Origin: a cyanobacterium endosymbiont of Rhopalodia gibba
GTDB taxonomy: Bacteria; Cyanobacteriota; Cyanobacteriia; Cyanobacteriales; Microcystaceae
Assembly (NCBI GenBank): GCA_045159875.1
Contig: CP067995.1
Coordinates: 2,208,001-2,272,000, forward strand
Direction of reading: 5' to 3'
Length of the DNA: 64,000 nt
Below, in pieces: positions 23,631-34,079 of this stretch. Under the pieces are notes generated by a model, which was not told where the DNA came from, did not search any database, and was given only the letters and a program-made list of their open reading frames with translations. The position numbers were made by a program, and so were the translations under genes. The number at the start of each line of letters is the position of its first letter. The first letter of the stretch is position 1.

Positions 23631-24165
23631 ACTTAAAGATAATATGCAAAAATCTATTGAGGCCACTCAACGGTCTTTCAATACCATCAGAACAGGAAGA
23701 GCTAATGCTTCACTTCTTGATAGGATAACGGTTGAATACTATGGGACAGAAACTTCCCTAAATCAGCTAGCCAATATTAGCATTCCTGATGCCATTAGCA
23801 TCAATATATTGCCCTACGATAAGAGTAGTATGGGAGCAATTGAAAAAGCTATTAGCCTTTCAGATATTGGTTTAACCCCAAATAATGATGGTAAGGTCAT
23901 TCGTTTAAATATTCCTCCCTTAACGCAAGAACGGCGTAAAGAACTAGTCAAATTAGCCGGAAAGTTAGCTGAAGAGGGGAAGGTAGCTATTCGAAATATT
24001 CGTCGAGATTTCATTGATACAATTCGTAAACAAGAAAAAAACAATGATATTTCTGAGGATGAATCCCGTGATTTACAGAATGAGATTCAGAAAATAACTG
24101 ATAGATTCATAACAAAAATCGACGATTTGTTGAAAATCAAGGAAAAAGATATTATGACAGTCTAA
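23617..24165 (+). CDS. frr: Ribosome recycling factor (GTG start overlapping pyrH)
   Basis: [15 protein letters not shown]...[14 protein letters not shown]...IRNIRRD. Confidence 0.96.
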   Translation: MKLAELKDNMQKSIEATQRSFNTIRTGRANASLLDRITVEYYGTETSLNQLANISIPDAISINILPYDKSSMGAIEKAISLSDIGLTPNNDGKVIRLNIPPLTQERRKELVKLAGKLAEEGKVAIRNIRRDFIDTIRKQEKNNDISEDESRDLQNEIQKITDRFITKIDDLLKIKEKDIMTV

Positions 24166-24200
24166 TCAGACTACTATATATATTTGTCTAAAGTCAGTGT

Positions 24201-24237
24201 CAGTAGGGGATTTACCTCATCAATAAAGCCCCTACTG
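24201..24237 (+). terminator. Hairpin after frr
   Basis: cagtagggg...cccctactg inverted repeat. Confidence 0.5.
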
Positions 24238-24343
24238 AAATAGAGGCTTTATAAACAAAACTCAGCCTTCTGCTTTTTCAAAGCAGGAAGCGTTGGAGTC
24301 GACAGTCTAGTTAAAAAATAATTCATAAAATGAATAAAGATCT

Positions 24344-24784
24344 ATGAAATTTTGAGCGATTACGACTATTATAATTTCTTTTCTACTATCATTATTCAGT
24401 TTAGTTAATCACTCCATTGAGGATTGCCATCACTTAAATCAGAGTATTCAATATAGTCTGTCAAGACCATCTTTTGAAATTGACTAAAAAGCAGTGACCA
24501 AGGGCCTTTCCAAGTCGTTGGCTAGTTGTTATATAGCGACCAGAAAAGCTAAAAATATATTAGGACAAACTGTTTATTATACTGATATTTTTAGAAAAAT
24601 TTTAAACATTAATAATGAGCCAGTGTTGTAACATTTAAATAGTATGGGTTCAATTACTGAAGTTCCCCCAGGGGTCAGCAAGTTTAAACTAAGGATTACG
24701 GTTCCAGCTAATCAACTGACCCCCCTTGAATTAAGGCAATCTAAAGCGTCTGAGTTCACCACCAAAATGACCTCTATTTTCTAG
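24344..24784 (+). pseudogene. Pseudogene of a conserved exported cyanobacterial hypothetical protein
   Basis: Reads AIT*IRVFNIVCQD / AVTKGLSKSLASCYIATRKAKNILGQTVYYTDIFRKILNINNEPVL*HLNSMGSITEVPPGVSKFKLRITVPANQLTPLELRQSKAS. This matches the recalled cyanobacterial family motif ...YDADIFGRIYDANN.PV.QNRTRLGSIEEVPPG.SDFELRISVPANQPTPL; stops and frameshifts present. Confidence 0.75.
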
Positions 24785-24813
24785 AAAAGTGCAGCCTATA
24801 ATGGTTACTTAAC

Positions 24814-25083
24814 CTAGAAGATAGCGGGAACCTGAGTCAATATCGAAGAAATAAATTGCAATGCTAAAATTGCTAAAAGGGGAGACATATCCAAACCGCC
24901 CAAGGGAGGAATAATAGACCGAAAAATGTTGAGGTAAGGATCAGTAATAGGGCTTAGAAAAGCCATTATACTGTAAGCCCATTCAGTAGTTTGGAACCAA
25001 GAGAGTAAGATTCTAATAAAAATCAACAGTAGATATATGTTGATGAAGTTTATCAAAGTTTCAATAATTAACGCAGCGGCCAT
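24814..25083 (-). CDS. YggT/Ycf19 (YlmG-like) membrane protein
   Basis: IRILLSWF...ITDPYLNIFRSIIPPLGGLDMSPLLAIL; AAGGAGG RBS upstream. Confidence 0.93.
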   Translation of the reverse strand: MAAALIIETLINFINIYLLLIFIRILLSWFQTTEWAYSIMAFLSPITDPYLNIFRSIIPPLGGLDMSPLLAILALQFISSILTQVPAIF

Positions 25084-25575
25084 AAGTTACAATCCTCCTT
25101 AATTAATTGATCACTGTTGTACAGGTTGATCTTATATCAAATTTAATTCTTCAATCACAAATCGAGGGGAACATCTCTTCTGATTGAATTGATCACGATT
25201 ATATCAAAAGCCGTTTCAAACAGTTCTTAAGTAAGTTTTGTTTTAGCTGACGCTTGAACTTGTTTTCCATCAGCCTTACCCTTTAGTTATATGTACAGTC
25301 AGTTTCATTATTTTTTCCATATCTTGATAAGAGGGGTTGTACCGACATTTGCAATAATTTAATCGATAATTTAGATCATTTCGTAATCTATGGACCTCGA
25401 TTTATATTTTTGTACTAAAAGCAGTTTTATGAGGTATAGTTTTAAAAAATCTATAAACTACCTTAGCCTAGTTAAGACCTATTGCAAATTTGTTTTGGCA
25501 GCTGAAAAAATAGAACAGTTCACTTTATTAGTTACCATGATGAACTAGTTCAAAAATTTTTAAAAACGAGTAAAT

Positions 25576-26250
25576 CTAATTACTGGGAGTTTTAGCTGTT
25601 GAAGAAGTCCCAAAAGGCACATCAACAAATCCTAATTCATACAATTGCTGATAACATTTTTTTCCTAAATCGGTTGTGGGGTTTTGAGAACGAATAACTT
25701 GGACCAACAAAGGAACAGCCAATTCTGGTTTATCTTGTGCTCGGTGAACAAGGGCTAATTGATAAGTGGCAGAATCCCTCATCTGACCTGTTTTTAGCGC
25801 GCTATTACGTTGAGATTCATAAATATCATTATCAATCCCTGAAAAACTCTTGGCTAATTGTAAATAGAAATTAGACAACTGATTAAAAATCTTGCGAGCT
25901 TGCTGGAGTTTACTAGCCGCTCGGTCATAGTTCTCAGCATTAACAGCTTCATTAGCCTCTGAAACGAGTCTTTGAGCTCCTTGTGAGCTAAGTAAACTGT
26001 CAGCTTGAGTTAGGGGACGCAAATTAGTAGGATCACTAGGATCTTCATCTGTGATTTCCCCTCCATTATCTGGGGTAGCTCCAAGCACCTCACCATTGTC
26101 CCGGCTAACAGGGGGCGTTTGAGCTTGTATTGGATGTGATTGGGTAATTCCCAAGGCTAGTAAGGCAACCATTAGACGATTCAAACTAAAGCAGCGCATT
26201 AACACCTTTAACATAGCAGAACTCGCTCGAGCCGAGTTTTGGTAAAACAA
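25576..26250 (-). CDS. Conserved exported helical (TPR-like) cyanobacterial protein; true start probably further in
   Basis: Signal-peptide-like N-terminus, ARKIFNQLSNFYLQLA...RDSATYQLALVHRAQDKPELAVPLLVQVIRSQNPT. Confidence 0.8.
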   Translation of the reverse strand: MFYQNSARASSAMLKVLMRCFSLNRLMVALLALGITQSHPIQAQTPPVSRDNGEVLGATPDNGGEITDEDPSDPTNLRPLTQADSLLSSQGAQRLVSEANEAVNAENYDRAASKLQQARKIFNQLSNFYLQLAKSFSGIDNDIYESQRNSALKTGQMRDSATYQLALVHRAQDKPELAVPLLVQVIRSQNPTTDLGKKCYQQLYELGFVDVPFGTSSTAKTPSN

Positions 26251-26351
26251 CTTATGAAGACTCGAGACATCTTAACATTTGTCTTCCCCCATTAGTTGAT
26301 TTTTTTACAAAAGGCCACTCAAATTAAAGCAAGTTACAGCTCAATTTTGCA

Positions 26352-27617
26352 TCAAGAATTGAGTAAATTCAATTGCTCCTTAAGGATGTTAGTGAGCTCA
26401 GTTGCTGCTCCTGCCTGGCCTCTAACCTGTAACAAGCGATCACGGATTTCTACTAGTTTAATAGGATTGCCTAACCAATCTAATATTAATTCTGCGACAT
26501 CGGTTGCTTGAAGTTCTCCCACTAATTCCGGCACAATCTCTTCATTAGCCCAAAGATTAGGCCAAGCAAATAATTGTCCCCGTTTAAGTACCATTAAATT
26601 AATAGTCTTAGCGAAAGCCCTCCCCACTAAAGGTAAACTTGCTAAAATCCCTGGAATTCCATCCCAAGTCCGCATAGCATCGAGTTGTTGGGTAGGGACT
26701 AAGACAATCATGGGAATCCCTAATGCTCCTAATTCAGCTGTGTTAGCCCCTACAGTGGTTAAGGCTAAACAACAATGGCAGAGGTGATCGTAGGCAGGAA
26801 ATTGGGTAATCAATTCTACTTGAAGCCCATTAGGAGTCTCTAGTCGAGGAAAGGGAGATGAGTCAGCACTAGCCATGACTAATTTTGCAGACACTCCCCC
26901 CATCTTCATTATCATAGGATTTTGACTCGAATCAGCAAAGCCGGCCAAGGTGGATAAATCCAGGGTGGGGGCAACAGGAAGAATAAAGCGAGTGCTGGAG
27001 TTTTGTTGATAAACTTGTTCGGCAATCGCTAAACATAAAGGAATCCCCTGCATCAATTTTCCTGGTTTCGACCCAGGTAGAATACCAATGGTGGGGAAAG
27101 GAGCAATTTGGGATGAATTTACAGAAGTTGGGGTCAAATCTGACATCAAATCCCCTACTACGGTTAGTTTGTGTTGATGGGATTTGGGAATAGGTTTAAT
27201 CACATCTGCATTCATGACTCCAAATCGATCAATCCAACGATACCAACGGGCTTCCCGTTCCGCATAAATGACGGTGCGGTATCCTAATCGTTTACCGAGT
27301 AGCATTGTATAAAATTGATCACCCCCCAGAAATAAGACAATGCCGTGTTTATGCCAGTTCCAATTCTCAGTCGTTTTTCCCCAGAATAAAAAATTAAAAA
27401 AATGTTCACTTGACTGAACCCGATCAACTTCCAAGTAACGACGCGCGATGGCGGCTTCTTGTCCAGTAGCATGAGGACAAGGGGATAAAACCACAGAAAT
27501 ACGCACTTGAGAGCTATCCCAGCCTAAAATTTCTCGTATAGCTTTCACCACAGGACGTACCCAAGTGGTTACTTCCCCTGGCCCGTTAGACAAAATAAGA
27601 ATATCAGCTGGTTGCAT
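26352..27617 (-). CDS. Lipid-A-disaccharide synthase-like (LpxB-related, GT-B) protein
   Basis: ILSNGPGE, GILPGSK, TTVGANTAELGALGIPM, AWPNLWANEEIVPEL. Confidence 0.85.
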   Translation of the reverse strand: MQPADILILSNGPGEVTTWVRPVVKAIREILGWDSSQVRISVVLSPCPHATGQEAAIARRYLEVDRVQSSEHFFNFLFWGKTTENWNWHKHGIVLFLGGDQFYTMLLGKRLGYRTVIYAEREARWYRWIDRFGVMNADVIKPIPKSHQHKLTVVGDLMSDLTPTSVNSSQIAPFPTIGILPGSKPGKLMQGIPLCLAIAEQVYQQNSSTRFILPVAPTLDLSTLAGFADSSQNPMIMKMGGVSAKLVMASADSSPFPRLETPNGLQVELITQFPAYDHLCHCCLALTTVGANTAELGALGIPMIVLVPTQQLDAMRTWDGIPGILASLPLVGRAFAKTINLMVLKRGQLFAWPNLWANEEIVPELVGELQATDVAELILDWLGNPIKLVEIRDRLLQVRGQAGAATELTNILKEQLNLLNS

Positions 27618-27839
27618 TGATAGTTGTTGATCCTTTTTTGCAAAAATACCTCATCTTTATAATATCTTTGAGCGGAGCAATCGCTTCCCCTACAAAAGTA
27701 AGTTCTTCTACTGAAGTTTCGACATTCAGAGGATTATCTTATTTCCTCCCCATAATGGGGAGACATTTGTTATCCTAAGACCCAATAAGTGGATTTACTT
27801 AATCTGCCTCTAAAACGCCTTTGGCCAAAGAAATGAATT

Positions 27840-28403
27840 ATGAATAAGAATCATTTATTTTCTGCAATCTTTTTTTCTAAGCGTCTGATTTCTACTTTAA
27901 TTTTGTCTGGTTGTTTATTTGCCGGCGTTCAAGCTCTAACTTGGGCAGGAAGTAATCCTGGACTAACAATTTTTAGTGGAGTTGAGAACCGTAAAGATAT
28001 TCTCGATTATCATTTGGACTTTAATGGCCGTCCTAGACAAGTGGGAGAACGGTATAGACTCTATGTTCCAGGGAAAAAGTTGACTCAAGGGGCAAGTAAA
28101 TTTTTTATTTCTTATCTTGAAAGGCCTAAATTCGATGGAAAATTTAATCTTGATAAAGTAGAAGTTCGTGTTGATGGCGAGTCTTTACCCTTAAAAGATG
28201 TCTATTGGGACAAAGAAAGTCGTGTCCTTGAAATTGAGCTAAAAACACCTATCGAAGCTAGTAAAAAGGCAGAAATTATCTTTTCTGGGGTAAAAAATCC
28301 TAGCAATGGTACTTATTACTTAATTTGTGACGTTTTGAGTTCAGGAGAGATCCCCATCCGTATGTATGTAGGAACTTGGATTGTATCAATTGAAAGAGTT
28401 TAA
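27840..28403 (+). CDS. DUF2808-type exported protein
   Basis: Signal peptide, PGLTIFSGV, LDYHLDF, FSGVKNP..G.YY, YVGTWIVSI. Confidence 0.8.
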   Translation: MNKNHLFSAIFFSKRLISTLILSGCLFAGVQALTWAGSNPGLTIFSGVENRKDILDYHLDFNGRPRQVGERYRLYVPGKKLTQGASKFFISYLERPKFDGKFNLDKVEVRVDGESLPLKDVYWDKESRVLEIELKTPIEASKKAEIIFSGVKNPSNGTYYLICDVLSSGEIPIRMYVGTWIVSIERV

Positions 28404-28443
28404 GTTTTTCCTAGTCAAAATTCTTAAATAAAGATTAGATAAT

Positions 28444-28473
28444 AATAAGGGTTAACGGCTGTTGACCCTTATT
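28444..28473 (+). terminator. Hairpin after the DUF2808 gene
   Basis: aataagggttaac-ggct-gttgacccttatt. Confidence 0.6.
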
Positions 28474-28775
28474 TAGTTAGACGAATTAAGTTAGATTCAC
28501 ACTACGTTAGAATTTTATAGATGTATTCAAACAATTTCTTGAAAAAAATACCTTTATCTATTATTTTAAATTTTACTTTTGTAAAGTAACGCCACTATTA
28601 AATCTAGATATCCTTGAAGTTTACGAGTTATCAAAAAGTTTTCTTAAATAAACTCTTTAGCCTTTGATAACATTTTTATTTAAATAAGTTCGACGGATAG
28701 TTGTGTAGAGGAAAGTAAGTAGCATCTATTGATATCTAGTCCTTTTGATGTAAAATATTATGTGCTTCATACAAC

Positions 28776-29100
28776 TAAGTAAAAATATCAGGACAGTTTT
28801 CGAAAAAAATGTCTACACATTCTCTAACTGTTTTAATTTTAGGTGATATTTGTTTGAATAAATTTATGACAACAGAATATTAATTTTTAATTATGTTTAG
28901 GTCTGGTAGAATAAGGTAAAAAGTACAACACTAGTTTCATCCACAAAATAATATCTCCTAATTTTTATTGAGATATTATTTCTCAATATAACCAAGCTTA
29001 AAATAAATCTCTGCCATAACTTATTTCAAGAGTTCGATGGAAATTTTTTTAAAATTATTTCCGTTTTCATTATTTTTTAGATCTGTAAGTTTTCTCTCTG
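28776..29100 (-). mobile_element. IS630-family transposase remnant (C-terminal part)
   Basis: Minus strand LYFLPYS/PDLNIIKN*YS...VRECVDIFFENCPDIFT*, matching IS630 LPPYSPDLNKIENWW...FRDCVDAAFKxCP. Confidence 0.65.
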
Positions 29101-29601
29101 TCTACCTATTTTTTAACCGTATAGATCAGTATCTTATCAGATATGTCTCTTCACGAGAAGACTCTACTTACTAAATTTTAACTACTACTATCTTTAGTAA
29201 AAAAAATAAGTTGAAGAAAAAATAACCAATTTTCAAAGTTCTAAGATTTTTACTTCTAATAAAAAAATATTAATTGCCGCAAAAGAGCTCAAGAATTTTA
29301 AAATGTCCTAATTATTTGGAGTACTGTTATATTTCTTCAATTTTTTCCTAATAAGACTTTAATTTAGAGCCTAAATATAGTCCTATTTCACTTTGTAGAT
29401 GGCAAATCTAGAATAGATTAGTATTGTCTGAAAACATCCCATTTCTTAATGTTAACTATTGTTTGTGGATGAAACTTTTATAGAGAGAAACTTTCGGTTA
29501 TGTCTTTACAAAAATAGGATAGTCTTAATCAAACTCTCAGGAGATTCACCCCTGTATAATCGTTGACATTAGTCAATTATACTTAATATTGGTTCTTAAT
29601 T

Positions 29602-30780
29602 CTACTGACAAAACTTTTCAACGACTCTAACAAAGATCTCAACTCCTATTAATAGTGCTGTTTCATCAAAATTCAAACGAGGATGATGGTGAGGATAGGT
29701 AAACCCTTTATTTTGATTAGCTGACCTCAAAAGAAAGTAACATCCTGGGATTTCTTGTAAAAAGAAAGACATATCTTCTCCTCCCATAGTTTGACAAGAA
29801 GAAATGATCTAGGCGGGAGTTTCCATAACATCCATAGCCACTGAGTACACTAAATCTACTATCTTTTCATCATTAATAACCGGAGGATACAACCACCAAT
29901 AATCTAGCTCATAGGTGGCACCGAAAGTTTGACAAATTCCCGCAACAATTTCTGCGATACGTTTACCAAAATATCCTTTTAAATTAGGATTAAAATAGCG
30001 AACAGTACCACTCATTTTAGCCTTGTCTGTAATCACATTTAATCCCGTTCCTGCATGAAGTTCTCCTACTGTAACGACGGCTGAGTCAAGAGGATTAACA
30101 CTACGCGAAACAATTGTTTGTAAAGCATTGACAATTTTTTGCGCATTAACTACCACAGAGTCCACAGTTTGATCAGGCATTGCCCCATGTCCACCCTTTC
30201 TGAAAATATCTAGGCGAAAACATTCTACTGCTGCCATCAACGGTCCACTGCTTACTCCCACTGTCCCTAAAGGAAAATTATTCCACAGATGTAATCCAAT
30301 AATGGCATCTACATCAGGATTTTTGAGAACTCCTTCATCAATCATCAGTCTTGCCCCTTCTGAACTTTCTATAGTTCCTTTAAAATCATGGCGATGGTGC
30401 CACAGATAATCAGCCGTTCCTAGAGCAATTGCCGTGTGCCCATCGTGACCACAGGCGTGCATTATACCACTGTTTTGGGAACGATAAGGAACCTCATTTT
30501 CTTCTTGAATGGATAAAGCATCCATGTCAGACCGAATTGCTAAAACTGGTACAGGATAGGGACTAGCAATGGTGGCGACAATTCCTGTTTGATGAGGAAT
30601 ACCTATTTTTGTTAAAGTTTTGGCAATAAACGCCTCTGTTGCTTTTTCTTGAAACCCTAGTTCTGGTTGAATGTGAAACCGTCTGCGCCATTGAACTAAT
30701 TTTGAGCGACAGAAACGAATATCTAAGCGAATTTTAGAGAAGTTAATACTAGGAATTGAGAAAATTTTAGATGAAGCCAT
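29602..30780 (-). pseudogene. M20D amidohydrolase (N-acyl-L-amino acid amidohydrolase type) pseudogene
   Basis: MHACGHDGH, GGHGAMP and MGGEDMSFF...HHHP motifs. One in-frame TAG at 29809-29811 splits the two track ORFs, and an in-frame deletion removes KIIFQPAE of the conserved FQPAEE motif. Confidence 0.9.
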
Positions 30781-30908
30781 CGGGGATAATAAACATATAA
30801 AACATACTACTCTATTTTAATTGTCTACAAAAAAGGTATTTTGCCGAAAAAAAAATGATAAACCTAACAATTAGGAATGAGAAACAGGGAATAGTTGAAA
30901 GAAAAAAA

Positions 30909-31260
30909 GAAATTAAATAACTTTAAGAACTTGATAACTTAGTCAAAAGGTATCGATATTGCAGAAAAGTGCTATTTACTAACTAAAAATTTTTCTAAAA
31001 AAAAACTATATTACACAAATTAAAACTAGTTTTAAATTAAAGAGAAGCATGGTCGAAAGATACAGACAGAAGACTATATAGGTATAGGGAAAACCGCACA
31101 AATTTTTTAAATCTAGTGTAAGGCTCAACTGCTAGAAGACAAACCTCGTCTAATTTTAGACAAAGGTGTAGTACAAATATTCAAAAAAATAGGTAGAGAT
31201 GATTCTTGACTTTATTAAAAGAAAAAAATAGGTTAACTATTAATCTTATTAATTAGGAAA
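30909..31260 (+). pseudogene. Four-helix-bundle (23S rRNA intervening sequence-type) protein pseudogene
   Basis: NNFKNLIT*SKGIDIAEKCYLLTKNFSKKKLY ... FLNLV*GS matches family pattern F.DL.IWQKG.DIAEKCY.LTK.FP.EELY...FLNIAQGS. Confidence 0.72.
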
Positions 31261-31516
31261 TAAATTTTTTTTTATTATTCCCTTGCCCCTCCTTTCAAAG
31301 GATTAATTTTACATAAGAAGCTCTGTACAATTAGAAAAATTATATACAAAAATTAATAGAACTATATTATGTATGATCTTGTTTTTCTGAAACTTACTTA
31401 TTTATACTTGAATTTTATCCATATACATAATAAATAGCATAACAAATTAATTAAATATTTAATGTCATTGATTCTTTTTTGATAAAAGACGATAACTATA
31501 TTAACTTCAAGGGTGG

Positions 31517-31591
31517 AAATACGTGATTTTTAAAATCAATCATTCAAAGAGGTTTTTGAAACAACTAGACTAAAATAAAAATCACGTATTT
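31517..31591. repeat. 16-bp perfect inverted repeat with 43-nt spacer (MITE-like relic)
   Basis: aaatacgtgattttta (31517-31532) ... taaaaatcacgtattt (31576-31591). Confidence 0.7.
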
Positions 31592-31726
31592 TTATAGATT
31601 CTGTAAACTGAAGAAGATATCAACTAGCAGTAAGTCTAAAACTTCTTGGCTATTGAGACAAAAAAGGCGTTTCAATGGTACACTCTAATAGTCTAATAGT
31701 GTTTCGGTAAACTTAAGAGCAAGCCT

Positions 31727-31957
31727 ATGTACAACCCCTCTTTGCGCCAAGAACCACGTTATGAACCAGCTGTGGTGATTCCAGTTAAATATGATTCTTC
31801 CATTCTAGATTGGTTAAAAGCCAATGACCGTCTGATTCCCCGGGAAGGAGAAGACCTCAGAAGTTCACTGAAAGAGGATGAAGAAATCTCAGAATTGATG
31901 GATGTTGATGACAGCTATGATGATGATGATGATGACATTGATTTAGACGAAGACTAA
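31727..31957 (+). CDS. Small acidic-tailed cyanobacterial protein (DUF3134-type) upstream of mraY
   Basis: MYNPSLRQEPRYEPAVVIP...SILDWLKANDRLIPR plus Asp-rich tail. Confidence 0.85.
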   Translation: MYNPSLRQEPRYEPAVVIPVKYDSSILDWLKANDRLIPREGEDLRSSLKEDEEISELMDVDDSYDDDDDDIDLDED

Positions 31958-32026
31958 GTTAGTCTATCAACCTCACGCTATATTGTCTGTGTTGATTGTT
32001 ATTTGATTCTAATATTTAAGGTAGTT

Positions 32027-33124
32027 GTGGACGCTAAATTCTCCCCTTCAACCCTCTTTACAAAACCATCAGGGACCTTTTTACTAATTCTATTAATAGT
32101 GTTGTTAAACCTTTTAGGTTTAGGGTTAGCTCAACTTGTAGGACAACCAATTTGCTTTAGTCTAACACTTATGTTTCCTCTTGGTATCTCCGCCACTATC
32201 AGTGCAATTCTTGGTTATGGGATCGTTCCCCTGCTACGGCGACTTAAAACTGGACAAATTATCCAAGAAGACGGTCCCCAAGCTCACTTAACCAAAGCGG
32301 GAACCCCGACTATGGGAGGAATTTTTTTTATACCGGTTGGAGTGATCGTAGCTCTAGTCTGGACAAACTTTGATCATGCTGTTATCGCTGTTTCAGCCGT
32401 TACCCTTGCTTATCTTGGCATTGGTTGGATAGATGATTGGCAGATTCTACGACATAAATCCAATAAAGGGATTAGCCCTTGGGTAAAACTTATTCTACAA
32501 ATCGCAATCGCTATTGTTTTTTGTTTTTGGGTGTTTCAGAGTCAACCATCTAGCATTACTGATGTTACCCTTCCTGGAAATCTGATTTTGCATTTAGGAA
32601 TTTTCTTTTGGTTAATTGCAGGATTTGTCCTAGTAGCTGAGAGTAATGCCACTAATCTTACAGACGGGGTAGACGGCTTAGCTGCAGGAAATGGAGCCTT
32701 AGCTTTTTTAGGGTTAGGAGTATTAGTGAATCCTGGCCACTCAGGATTAATGATTTTCTGTGCTTGTCTAAGTGGAGGATGTTTAGGATTTGTCGTCCAC
32801 AACCGTAACCCCGCTAAGGTTTTTATGGGGGATACAGGTTCTCTCGCATTAGGGGGTTCCCTTGGGGCAGTGGGTATTCTTAGTGGTAATCTTTGGGAAT
32901 TATTTATCATCAGTGGGGTTTTCTTTGTTGAATCTCTCTCAGTTATTCTCCAAGTTGCTTACTATAAGGCAACTAAAGGACCTGATGGGCAAGGCAAGCG
33001 ATTGTTAAAAATGGCTCCGTTGCATCACCATTTAGAATTAAGTGGTTGGGCCGAAACCAAAATTGTAGGAACATTCTACCTAGTTAATGCAGCACTGACA
33101 GTTTTAGCTGTAGTTTTAACCTAG
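32027..33124 (+). CDS. mraY: Phospho-N-acetylmuramoyl-pentapeptide transferase (GTG start)
   Basis: KAGTPTMGG, IGWIDD, NATNLTDGVDGL, VFMGDTGSLALG, MAPLHHHLEL. Confidence 0.97.
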   Translation: MDAKFSPSTLFTKPSGTFLLILLIVLLNLLGLGLAQLVGQPICFSLTLMFPLGISATISAILGYGIVPLLRRLKTGQIIQEDGPQAHLTKAGTPTMGGIFFIPVGVIVALVWTNFDHAVIAVSAVTLAYLGIGWIDDWQILRHKSNKGISPWVKLILQIAIAIVFCFWVFQSQPSSITDVTLPGNLILHLGIFFWLIAGFVLVAESNATNLTDGVDGLAAGNGALAFLGLGVLVNPGHSGLMIFCACLSGGCLGFVVHNRNPAKVFMGDTGSLALGGSLGAVGILSGNLWELFIISGVFFVESLSVILQVAYYKATKGPDGQGKRLLKMAPLHHHLELSGWAETKIVGTFYLVNAALTVLAVVLT

Positions 33125-33927
33125 TACACATTGAGTATAGATTGGGTAAAGTTCTCAAGAGTTTTAAGCTGCGGTGATTTTTGGTATTGATCGCAACGCA
33201 ACCATAATAAATATTCCAAGTTTCCTGCCGGTCCGGTAATAGGAGATTCAGTTAACCCGTGATAGTACCACCCCAAAGAACAAGCAGCTTGTAGAACTTG
33301 GTAAATAGCTTGGGCGTGATCTTTGGGATTACGAACAACCCCTTTTTTCCCAACCCGCGACCGCCCTGCCTCAAACTGAGGTTTAACCAACAAAATGACT
33401 TCTTTGGGAACCACTAATAAATTCCACAGGGGTTCTAATAATTTAGTTAAAGAAATAAAGGAAACATCCATTACCCCTAAGTCAGCTTGAGGATTATTTC
33501 CATATAAATCATCAGGGGTTAAGTAGCGGAAATTAGTTCTTTCTTTTAAAATAACGCGCTCGTCTCGACGTAAACGCCATGCCACTTGTCCATAACCTAC
33601 ATCCACTCCATAAATCTGTTTTGCCCCAGCCTGCAATAGACAATCGGTGAATCCCCCGGTAGAAATGCCACCATCTAAACAAATTCGCCCTGATATAGCT
33701 ATGTTAAAAGTATTTACAGCCTTTTCAAGTTTCAAACCACCACGAGAAACATAACGGGCTTTAGCTTGTAGTTGAATGTCAGCTGTAATATCGACTCTGG
33801 TTCCTGGTTTATCAATAACTTGCTGATGTACCTTAACCTCTCCAGCTCGAATAAATCCTTGGGCTTCTTGACGGGAAGAACACAGGTTCTTATCAACTAA
33901 TAAAATATCGAGACGTTGTTTACTCAC
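33121..33927 (-). CDS. tlyA: TlyA-family rRNA 2'-O-methyltransferase (S4 + FtsJ domains)
   Basis: KQRLDILLV, YVSRGGLKL, LDGGISTGGFTDCLLQ, DVSFISL, LVKPQFE, SPITGPAGNLEY. Confidence 0.94.
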   Translation of the reverse strand: MSKQRLDILLVDKNLCSSRQEAQGFIRAGEVKVHQQVIDKPGTRVDITADIQLQAKARYVSRGGLKLEKAVNTFNIAISGRICLDGGISTGGFTDCLLQAGAKQIYGVDVGYGQVAWRLRRDERVILKERTNFRYLTPDDLYGNNPQADLGVMDVSFISLTKLLEPLWNLLVVPKEVILLVKPQFEAGRSRVGKKGVVRNPKDHAQAIYQVLQAACSLGWYYHGLTESPITGPAGNLEYLLWLRCDQYQKSPQLKTLENFTQSILNVY

Positions 33928-34079
33928 AGATTTTACTTTTGACTTTTTGTAAAAATTTTATTTATCTAAATTATAAAAAGAAACATGTGTTTTTATAGAA
34001 AAAACATGTCTCTTTGACTGAGTAAGCCGCTATAAATACACCCCTTTTAGGGTATATTACTTTTTGTCTTTATACTTAA

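Noticed and set aside
29809..29811. In-frame TAG in the amidohydrolase as programmed readthrough or pyrrolysine
   Set aside because: The same gene has lost its catalytic FQPAEE motif and no pyl machinery is evident, so simple pseudogenisation explains it.
33121..33124. mraY and tlyA convergent with overlapping stop codons
   Set aside because: A 4-bp convergent overlap is common and implies no special mechanism.
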